Below, one piece after another: positions 1 through 9,801 of a DNA stretch of 11,977 bases (position 1 is its first letter; every line of letters starts with the position of its first letter). Position numbers and translations under genes: made by a program. The notes under the pieces are model-generated. The model made no database searches and was not told where the DNA came from. It saw only the letters and a program-made list of their open reading frames with translations. Source of the stretch: Salpingoeca rosetta (Eukaryota > Protista > Choanoflagellata). The stretch spans positions 449,860 through 461,836 of the forward strand of contig JAWQFM010000036.1 in the NCBI GenBank assembly GCA_033442325.1. Direction: 5' to 3'.

Positions 1-62
1 AACAAGATACCGCACAACAGCCTCGTGACATTGAAGCTCGCTGTCCACAGCGGTGTTCGGCC
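1..62 (-). pseudogene. Ankyrin gene exon 6 (partial) with a 1-nt deletion: frameshifted pseudo-exon or sequencing error
   Basis: Identical to exon 5 over the visible part except that the + strand reads cgtgacattg (24-33) versus cgtgaccattg (411-421). Translation shifts to GRTPLWTASFN-VTRLLCGIL. Confidence 0.6.
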
Positions 63-1808
63 CTGATGCACCATCCCATTCAATCCGTACAAATCAACAC
101 AACACCACATAACCACACAACACAGTGGTGAGCGTGAGAACAACACACAACACACAACACACATGCACATTCAGCTGCAGTAATCATGCCTGCTCATGTG
201 CAATAATGCCACGCACACACATACATGCAACATGTCAAACATCAACACGACCACCACAAACAACAACAGCAACGCACGCAGCGCAGCCAACAGCACGCGT
301 GCACACACAGCAGTAACAACACAACCTTAAAACACAACGAAAAACACGTACATCGTTCATCGCCTTGTGCACGTCTGCTCCCTGCTCAACAAGATACCGC
401 ACAACAGCCTCGTGACCATTGAAGCTCGCTGTCCACAGCGGTGTTCGGCCCTGATGCACCATCCCATTCAATCCGTACAAATCAACACAGCACCACACAA
501 TCACACGTACACAGTGGCAAAGGGTGAGAACAACACAAAGCACACAAGCACTCTCAGCTGCAGTAATCATGCCAGCTTGTATGTGCAGCAATGCGCCACA
601 CAAACATACACGCACACACAAGCAGCAGCATCAACACATGCATCACACAACCAGCATGAGTGCACACACAGCAGTAACAACACAACCTTAAAACAAAACA
701 GAAAAAACGTACATCGTTCTTTGCCTGGTGTACGTCTGCTCCCTGCTCAGCAAGATACCGCACAACAGCCTCGTGGCCATTGAAGCTCGCTGTCCACAGC
801 GGCGTTCGGCCCTGATGCACCATTCCATTCAATCCACACAAATCAACAACACAACATGAACCACACGTACACGTGCACAACAAAGTGACAAGGGTGAGAA
901 CAACACACAACACAAAACACACATGCACATTCAGCTGCAGCAATTATATCTGCTCATGTGCAATAACACACAACACAAACATACACACACATTCACTTCA
1001 AAAAATAACAACACCACCACCACCACAACCAGCAGCATCAACACATGCATCACACAACCAGCATGAGTGCACACACAGCAGTAACAACACAATCTTGCCA
1101 CAAAACTAAAACGCGTACATCGTTCATCGCCTGGTGCACGTCAGCTCCCTGCTCAACAAGATACCGCACAACAGCCTCGTAGCCTTCCTGACTCACAATA
1201 TGCAGCGGTATTGCGCCCTGATGCACCATTCCATTCAATCCGCACAAAGCAACAACACACACATGCACATTCAGCTGCAGTAATCATACCTGCTCATGTG
1301 CAATAATGCCACACACATGAACCCACACACGTCCACACGCCGCCTCAAAACATCAACACGACCACCACAAACAACAACAGCAACACACGCAGCACAGCCA
1401 ACAGCATGTGTGCACACACAACAATAACAACACAATCTTGCCACGAAACAGGAAAAGACACCTCATTCGCTGCCCTATTGACGTCTGCTCCCTGCTCAAC
1501 AAGATACCGCACAACTGCCTCATGTCCGAAAGCACTTGTCCAGTGCAGCCCAGATGCGCCCTGCAGAACCCCATGTCAATGGTCAGCGACAACCCATGAG
1601 TCTGTGTTACGCCAAGCTCACTTTTCTCCCAATCGCAACCAAGTTCACTCAAAGCACAGAGCACAGGGATTGGCAAACTCACGAATTTTTCATCCCGCTC
1701 CTCGTTGACGTTCGGCTTTGCTCCACCTTTGTCTGGATCACCTTCCAACAGCAGGCGCTTGACCAGGTCCAGGTCCCCCTGTTTACAAGCGTGAATCAGC
1801 GCGCTCAT
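1..1808 (-). CDS. Ankyrin-repeat protein gene, 5' part (spliced; continues beyond left edge). Exons 1808-1683, 1560-1462, 1217-1119, 811-713, 450-352, 62-<1
   Basis: ATG at 1808. All five introns are GT..AG and phase 0. Spliced product: MSALIHACKQGDLDLVKRLLLEGDPDKGGAKPNVNEERDEKF / GASGLHWTSAFGHEAVVRYLVEQGADVNRAANE / GAIPLHIVSQEGYEAVVRYLVEQGADVHQAMND / GRTPLWTASFNGHEAVVRYLAEQGADVHQAKND / GRTPLWTASFNGHEAVVRYLVEQGADVHKAMND / GRTPLWTASFN... This matches the ankyrin consensus G-x-TPLH-x-A-x-x-x-GH-x-x-x-V-x-x-L-x-x-x-GADVN. Confidence 0.93.
352..450 (-). CDS. Ankyrin gene exon 5 (99 nt, one repeat)
   Basis: CATCAG| acceptor and |GTACGT donor; encodes GRTPLWTASFNGHEAVVRYLVEQGADVHKAMND. Confidence 0.9.
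713..811 (-). CDS. Ankyrin gene exon 4 (99 nt, one repeat)
   Basis: CATCAG| acceptor and |GTACGT donor; encodes GRTPLWTASFNGHEAVVRYLAEQGADVHQAKND. Confidence 0.9.
1119..1217 (-). CDS. Ankyrin gene exon 3 (99 nt, one repeat)
   Basis: CATCAG| acceptor and |GTACGC donor; encodes GAIPLHIVSQEGYEAVVRYLVEQGADVHQAMND. Confidence 0.9.
1462..1560 (-). CDS. Ankyrin gene exon 2 (99 nt, one repeat)
   Basis: TGCAG| acceptor and |GTGTCT donor; encodes GASGLHWTSAFGHEAVVRYLVEQGADVNRAANE. Confidence 0.9.
1683..1808 (-). CDS. Ankyrin gene exon 1 (42 codons, N-capping-type partial repeat)
   Basis: ATG..TTC followed by donor GTGAGT at 1682. ALIHACKQGDLDLVKRLL is an ankyrin helix-turn-helix. Confidence 0.88.
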
Positions 1809-2345
1809 GCTTGCGACGACGGAGTGCGTTGTTCGAGCGTGTCTGCGTGTGTCTGTGTGTATGTGTGTGTCTGTGTGTGTGTGTGAGTGTGCGTGTGAGT
1901 ATGTGTGTGTGATCGCGCTGATGCTGTTCCCTGCTTGTCTGCTGTGCTTTGCTTGCCGTGTCTTCGTAGACTGTGCCTCTGTGGGTTTGATGTGTCCTTC
2001 TCAGCGCTTGTTGTCTGCGTGAGCTGCTGTGACTGTGTCCTTCTTCGCGTCCTCAGCTTCTCTGCTGTTGTCCTTCTCTGGCTGTTCGCTTGGCTTGATT
2101 TCCGTTGAATGATTTCCACCAAATTTCTCCACCATCGCGACACGAAACAGCATAAAGTGTAGCACTTGGAGCCTGCAACCGTTGCTGCTGTGAGACCGAC
2201 ACGACCACCTGTGGTGCATGCGTGCTCAACCAGCAGTCATTCAGCCAGGCATCCAGCCATCCACGCAGGCAGGCAGTTGACACGAGGTGCAGACATAGTT
2301 GCTTCGGGCTTATATTAGGCGGTAGTAGTGTTGGTGGGTTTGAGG
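1809..2345. promoter_or_regulatory. Divergent intergenic region holding the 5' UTRs and a putative bidirectional promoter
   Basis: 537 nt between the oppositely oriented ATGs at 1808 (-) and 2346 (+). Contains a (TG)n tract at ~1846-1911. No specific promoter element can be supported. Confidence 0.5.
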
Positions 2346-2735
2346 ATGAGGCTAAGGACAGGACGGGTGCGATCGCTGTTGCTGCTGCTGCTGCTGGGCG
2401 TTGTGGCGCTTTTGGCAGTGCAGCTGCACCACGTGTACATCTCGCAACAAGAGCAGCAAGCGGATGGGGACGACGCAATGCTGCTGGGACCAGATGCGCG
2501 ACGCGAGCCGCAGCCGCAGCAGCGCTGGTCGTTCCTCTGCTTCCTGCTGCCGACAGCAGCATGCATGCATGCTGACAACAGCGGTGCACATGATTTGGGC
2601 ACAAAGGCGACCTTGAGTCAGCAGGCTCACGAAGAGCAGAACCGTCAGAACCAACAAAGCAACAGTGCTACCACAACCACAACCACAACCACAACCACAA
2701 CCACAACAACCACAACAACCACAACCACCACCACC

Positions 2736-2772
<37 letters not shown>

Positions 2773-2801
2773 CTACAACCACAACTACAACCACAACAAC
2801 T

Positions 2802-2832
<31 letters not shown>

Positions 2833-3488
2833 CTACAACTACAACTACAACTACCACGAAAACAACGCCACAGAAGGGAGTGCAGGCATACACGCTGATC
2901 GCCGGAGAACAGGAGAGGGCCAACGACCCAGCGCAGTCGGCAGTCGTGCCAAACCGCGCCCACGCGCTGCTGTGGTGCCACGGATACAGCAAGGCAATCC
3001 TGCTGCAAGCCAACGTGACAAGCAGCCCTGCTGACCTGGACCCATACCCTCCCCGTGACGTTCAGTGCGTGCACCCGGCCCTCCTCGGCCCATCACACCA
3101 TGACGGTGATGGCGATGGCGAAGAGCAAGGACGTGAGAATGATGACGATCACCACCGTCAGTTCCGTGTGTCTCGGCGGGGTGTAAGCATGCTGCCACCA
3201 CACACGACCAACACCGACAAGGATGGTGATGACGGTGGTGTGCTGCCCCGCCTCCTCATTGCCATCATCAGCGGTGGCAGCAATGAGACGCTCGCACGTG
3301 CGCAGTTCCGGCCCATGGTGAATCTGCATGCGAACCAGGAGCGCGAGGCCAACAGGGAGGCGTGCTTCGAGACATATGGCAACGACGACCTGCTGTTCAT
3401 CACCAACGAAGCGGTGCCACGCGGTTCACATCGCGTCCATCTTGACCCCAAGTACGAGGCCGGCGGCAGGGACGGCCTCCCATACAAG
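2346..3488 (+). CDS. Exon 1: signal anchor, poly-Thr stem, start of GT31 domain
   Basis: Open frame from ATG 2346 to AAG|GTGCGG. PRLLIAIISG...REACFETYGNDDLLFIT...GRDGLPYK resembles the GT31 N-terminal strands and the 'L..K' helix. Confidence 0.85.
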
Positions 3489-3804
3489 GTGCGGTTGTCT
3501 GTGTGTGTGTGTGTCTGTGTGTGTCTGTGTGTGTCTGCGTGTCTGTGTGTCTGTGTGTGTGAGTATGTGTGTGCGTGTGTGTGTCTGTGTCTGTGTCTGC
3601 GTCTACATGTACGTACAGAGCGCCCTTGCGTCTGCACGCCCTGACCCGTATGACAATTCATCTTCATATCCTTTCACATTCTCTCTTCTCTCTGTTCTCT
3701 GTTCTTTATTCTGCCGAGTGCAGGTCCTTGGCACGTGGAAATACCTCTATGACAACCACATCGACGACTACGACTGGTTCATGAAGGTCCGGAGCGCGCG
3801 TGCA

Positions 3805-3898
<94 letters not shown>

Positions 3899-4632
3899 CG
3901 TTTCTCGACTGTTTGTGTTGCGTGTATCGTGCTGCTATGTCATGAAACTTGCGACATTACGGCCATCGTCCTGTGCAATCACACACATGTAGACATGCGC
4001 AAGCACAGACCCGGAACATAAGAAACATGCAGGCAGTGGTGAGCATGGGGGAAACAAGCCGCGTCTGCATCGGATGTTACATTNNNNNNNNNNNNNNNNN
4101 NNNNNNNNNNNNNNNNNNNNNNNNNNNNNNNNNNNNNNNNNNNNNNNNNNNNNNNNNNNNNNNNNNNNNNNNNNNNNNNNNNNAATCCTTACCTTTCGCT
4201 ACATGTTCCAAGCAATCACACACACGCTCAACACAGACACACGCACACTCACACACACATACACACACATACAGAGCGGACGATGACTCGATGGTGCACC
4301 ATGTAAAGCTAAAAAGCGGCCCATCGTCCCCGGCTACGGACAGATTTCCGCTCACGATTCGCGCCGCGCTGGGGACAATCCTTCTTCCTTCGCGGAGGCC
4401 GGTCCGCCATCATCGTCAAGTGAGGAAGGGACGAGTCAGAAGGGAGGGAGCTGTAGTTCGTGTTAGTATTCGTTTGTGGTTGCGTTGAGTTAACAAGCAG
4501 TAGCTCGTGGCTGTTGTTGTTGTTTCAGTTGTTGTTGTTGTTGTTGTTGTTGTTGTTGCTGTTGTTGCTGTTGTTGTTATAGTTGTTGTTGCTGTTGTTG
4601 TTGTGTGTGTGTGTGGGTGTGGGTGTGGGTGT

Positions 4633-4675
<43 letters not shown>

Positions 4676-4708
4676 GGTGTGTGTGGGTGGATGGGTGTGT
4701 GGGTGTGG

Positions 4709-4746
<38 letters not shown>

Positions 4747-6915
4747 CTTTGTCTTCGTGTGTGTTTTCGTCTATGTGTATTTGTTTGTGTGTGCATGTGC
4801 AAGTGCTTCTGTCACCACGTGTGCAACACCACCACCTGTACCGTTCCCATCATGGCAGCCGCCTCCACCACCACCCTCACCTCTGCCTGTCTCTGCTCTC
4901 AACTGACAGTCGCGCTGCGCTGAAGGCGATGGCGCCCGTCTTTGACCGATGCTTCAGGTAACAGCATGCTCATGCAATCATGCATGCCATCACGTATGCA
5001 TGGAGTTGGAAAGCTGCCAGCTCACATTGAACCCACTCCATTCACTCACTCACTTACACACTCATTGCACTCTCACTCCCTCACTCACTCACTCTCCCTC
5101 CCTCCCTCACTCACTCACTCACTCACATACTCACCTACTCACCCTCCCCTCCCCCCTTTGCTCACGTCTCAGCCACACGACGTTCAACTGGGAGGACTAC
5201 TGGTTTCGCGACTGCTTTGCGTCGGCGCTGTCGCTTGCGGGCATCGACCCCCTGCCCTGCCTTGCTCTTAAGGACCTTGGGTATGATTCCCTGTTTCGAA
5301 ACTCAAAGAACCAGGAGCAAAACGCAAAGCAGGTGCGCGGGCTGTACGCGCGTGACCCAGGCGCCCTTGCGTTGCATCACACCTTCCACAGCTCGTACAG
5401 CGCCCTGTCACGCGAGATTGCGCAATTGCATGCACGCAGCGACGCCGTTCGCGAGTACGTCCTGCGTGCGGACATTTTGTCCGTCCTGCACATGGCAGAG
5501 CACCCAGGCAACTACAGACAGCGATTCCGGTGCGATTACGTCATGACAAACACACAGGCGGGCGCGACCACCCCACACACGGGCGAACCATCACAGCTGC
5601 TCTCGTCATCATCATCGTCCTCATCATCATCATCAACAACATCAACAGCAGCATCAGGAAGGATGCCAGATGGGAGTGCGAGCTTTGCGCGGTCTGCAAT
5701 GTGCACGGCACCATCAACGCGCGTGTCTGTGCTGGTGGGCGATGCTGCACGTGTGCACGCGTTTAACACGCCAGACGCCTACACGTGTTTAGTTTTGCCT
5801 GCATGGACACCGTCTCTCGGTAGTGACGACGGCGACAATAAGAGCGAGGAAGAGATTGAATGGAGCGACGCCGACGAGGTGGAACAAGAACAGCAGCAAC
5901 AACAACGTGATGGCGTGAGAGATGAGGAAGCAGAAGGACAGCGGGGCGGTGACAAGTTACCACCAGCAGCAGTGGTTGCAGCAGAGAGGCTGAGGTTTGC
6001 TCGCGTCAGCGATGTGCAGTGCATCGTGGATGGATTTGGTGTCACGCTGGGTCGCAATGACCGCAACCGTGATGGTGGTGGTGGCCGTGAAGATGGGCAG
6101 GAGGGTGGAGGCAACGTTGCAGAAAACTCGCTGTTGGTGCAAGGTGTGCTGCTGGCGAGCGATGACAATGACAGTGAGGCAGATGGTGGTGGTGATGGCA
6201 ATGGTAGTGATGGTGCTGTGAACGCCGCCGACGCTGCGGCCCTGCTCCTCGCACGTGTGGATGCGTGCGCGAACGCCAATGACAGGGGTGAGAGTGTTGA
6301 TGAGAATGACATGCAGCAGCACCAACAGCAACAGCACCAACAACAGCAACAGCAGCAACAGCAACACGAGGAGCGTGATGAGGGTGAGACTGTGGTGGTG
6401 GGGCAGGGCACGGATGGTGTGGTGGTGCCTGTGGTCTTGGCAGAAGAAGACAACAGCGTTCCAAAGCGACACACAGGGTGGCACAGGCTGGGCTGGGACA
6501 CCATTGCTGCACACCTGATTGTGCTTGCAGGCAGCTTGCGGCGCGTGAATCCGCATGCACAGGTGCACGTGCTCTTTGATGACGTCACGCGTGCACGGAC
6601 GATGGCGCCGCAACTCAAAGCACTGGCGCGGTTGGGTGTGGTGCCCCATTTTTATGACGCAACCACGTCGCCCATCTTCCAGGCAGACCTTGCCCCACTA
6701 CCCCGCAGCATGCGCGCGCTGGCCATGGTGTCCGCCTTTCTGAAGAGTAATGACGCCAGGACCCTTCGGCGAACCATCCAAGTGCCCCCAGATGTGGTGT
6801 TTCAGTCTGATCCGTTTGTCATCCGCCCGCCAGCACAGGCCGACGTCCTCCTGTTCCAGTCATCGCCCATGGTGCGTTGATGCATTGGAGAGGGGGGAGG
6901 GGGTAGGTCGTGTGG

Positions 6916-6949
<34 letters not shown>

Positions 6950-7003
6950 ATTTTGTGTGTGCTTTGTGTGTTTGTGTGTGTGTGTGCATTTTGTGTGTGC
7001 TTT

Positions 7004-7054
<51 letters not shown>

Positions 7055-8582
7055 TTGTGTATGTGTGTGTGTGCGTGATGTCTGTCTGGCTGCTCATGCC
7101 CTTAACAATTGCATGCATGCATGAACGCGTTTTTGCTGCTTCCCATTGCGTCTGCGTGCCTTCATCCCTCCGCACCACCACCACTACAACCAACCCTCCT
7201 CCTCATTCCCCTCCAATCTCTCATGTGCGCATGTGCAACAGCGGCCGTTTGTGTTCCGCGAGCACGTGGCCAGCGAGTGTGCTAATTACAGCACGGCCGT
7301 CCTAGATTCAGGCTATGTGCGGTATCTTGGCTCTGATGACCACCATCCACGCGTGCACGTGCCAATTCCTGATGTGCCGTACTGTGAATTCACACGCACG
7401 CACGGCACCTACATTGCAACCGACGTCGTCATCAGCACACCCAAAGGTGGGGCGGTGTGTGTGTTGTGTTGTGTGTGTGTGTGTGTGTGTGTTGTGTTGT
7501 GTTGTGTGTGTGTACGTGTGTTGTGTTGTGTTGTGTTGTGTTGTGTTGTGTGTGTATGTGTGTTGTGCTGTGTGTGGTGTGGTGTAGTGTGTGTGTGTGT
7601 TGTGTTGTGTATGTGTTTTGTTTCCGTACATTGCAGCGCACGGCCGTCCTTACGCTGTCACATGGTCCTTCGTGACACCCCTGTCTCACATCATCCGCGT
7701 GTGTGTTTGTGTTCGACGCATTCACGACTCATGGCAGCGCATGCCCTCTTCATCGATGTCTTCGTCGCCGAGTACGCCACAGTGAGACTGATCCACCACA
7801 CATGTAAATCGCCACAAACCACAAACCACAAACCACCACCATACTTACTTGTGTTTTCACTTCACATACACACAAACACATATGTGAGCACCCCCACTTA
7901 ACAGTCACTATGCGCGCGCACTGGTGGTCGCTTTGCACTTGCGTGTGCACGCTCTCACGCGCGCCTCTGACGCACTCTCACGTGCCCATCTCGTGTCACC
8001 CTTCAGTCTCTTCTGAAACACGGAGCTGCACAAACGTCATCATCATCATCGTCGTCGTCATCAACATCATCATCATCATCGTCGTCGTCATCGTCGTCGT
8101 CGTGTGGGTTTCCTCCCCGCTTCTTCTTATCTCGCATGGTGGTTACAAACGCATTCCCGCGCGCAGGCCTTTCTGTTGCCCACGTCCCAGCCTGGAACAG
8201 CCCCGTTGGTACGCGTGGTTCGTGTGTGTGTGTGTGTGGATGTGTGTGTGTGTGGATGTGTGGATGTGGATGTGTTTTCTTCTTTGTTACCAATCTCTCA
8301 CACACTTGCACACATACGTACAAACACACGTACACACAGCCCTGCTTGACAGCACGCTTGAGAATGCGCAGCGCACGGGCTTTGTTGTCACTGCCAATCG
8401 GACACACACGCACGATGACGATACAATACATCACGATGGTGTCAACGGTGCACAACAACAACAACAGCACCAGCAGCACCAGCAGCACCAGCAGCCCCGT
8501 CTTGTTGTGACGAACTTGCGAGGGGAGGCAGCAGCCATTGTAATCGCACGTGCTGGCATCCGTCCAGCGGCCACCACGATGC

Positions 8583-8647
<65 letters not shown>

Positions 8648-9016
8648 GTGCCAGCGCTTGTACTGAACACGCACCGGTTCGCGGTCATGACAGCTGTCGA
8701 CTTCTCATCCTCGCGGCGCCACCTCAAGGCGTGTGAGCTGCCAGGCACCCCCGCTAAGCTGCAGCTGCACCCGTTTCCTGAGGACGCGACCAAGTGCGGT
8801 GTTGACTTTGCCGCCATGTTCAAGCAGAATTACGTCTCGCTCGTGGTGGCCGGTGAGAAATCAGACAGGTTCCTGTTCAACTTTGAGGGCGACGGAGCTG
8901 GTGGTGATGGTGGCAGTCGCAATGTTGAAAATGGTGCTGGTGGTGCTGGCGGCAATGATAGGTTGCAGCAGCAACAACAACAACAGCAGCAGCAGCAGCA
9001 GCAACAACAACAACAA

Positions 9017-9047
<31 letters not shown>

Positions 9048-9623
9048 TTCCCTTGCAAGTGCGAGGGGCGAGAGGGGCGCTGGTGAGTGCTGATGACAGT
9101 GCTGGTGAGCGTGTACGTCTCGTCTCGTCCCCGCACGATGTTCGAGTTGCGCTGCTGTATGCGCCGTTTGCATACAACTCCAACCCGCTCGCCAACATTG
9201 CACTTCGCGTGGCAGGCCGGTACAAACGACGCGTGTTTGTCAACCGTGCCAATGCGAAGAACAAGAAGTTGCACGTGATCGACCGATTTCAGTTTCAGAT
9301 ATTCCAACAGCGGTGGCCGGCGGACGTGCGCCACAACCGACACATGTGGCTGCAGCCCGTTGTCCCAGGCTGGTCAGTTGAGTTTGGTGTTGAGAGTGGT
9401 GGTGCACGTTGGTGGTGAAGGGCGGGGGGAGGGATTGTGTGATGTTGAGCGCAAATTGGCGTGGGTGGGGGTGATGATGGTGACGTTGTGGAAACTTTCG
9501 TGGTGAGTTGGTTTGTTTGGTTTCCTGTGTGGCTTCATGAGTGTTTCACATTGTAATCGCTCACTGGGAACACACACACCGCCCGTTTTCCGATCATTGG
9601 CGGCACTGTTGTCATCATCATCG

Positions 9624-9659
<36 letters not shown>

Positions 9660-9755
9660 GGACGACGGTGAACTTTGCGCGTGTTCAGGAGGCGCAGGCG
9701 TGGGTGCTCGGCCCAAACCACCAACGCGTCGCCCTCGCCACAGAACCCGTCACAG

Positions 9756-9801
<46 letters not shown>

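Larger units (their letters stand above)
1..1525. repeat. Tandem array of duplicated exon+intron units (periods 343, 406, 361, 388 nt between exon starts)
   Basis: Introns 2-5 share cctgatgcaccat(c/t)ccattcaatcc, tcagctgcag(t/c)aat(c/t)at and gtgcacacaca(g/a)ca(g/a)taacaacacaa (+ strand) in the same order. Exons 4 and 5 are 92/99 nt identical. Confidence 0.92.

Noticed and set aside
1-1560. Regularly spaced direct repeats as a CRISPR array or transposon repeats
   Set aside because: The repeats are spliceable ankyrin exons with homologous introns at 340-410 nt periods. There are no unique spacers, cas genes, terminal inverted repeats or transposase.
1353-1808. Unspliced 151-aa ORF as the whole ankyrin gene
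   Set aside because: Ankyrin similarity continues only after splicing 1683 to 1560. The ORF reads through the intron and then runs out of frame.
2310-2317. TTATATTA as a TATA box
   Set aside because: Weak match only ~30 nt from the ATG, with no transcription start information.
2053-2604. Antisense 183-aa ORF overlapping exon 1
   Set aside because: Low-complexity Ala-rich mirror of the GCT/CTG-rich signal anchor with no recognisable domain.
7910-8166. Hydrophobic IIIIVVV stretch as the signal anchor of a separate 502-aa gene (7910-9418)
   Set aside because: It derives from a (TCA/TCG)n microsatellite, and the ORF also crosses a (TG)n intron. A second gene cannot be fully excluded without cDNA.
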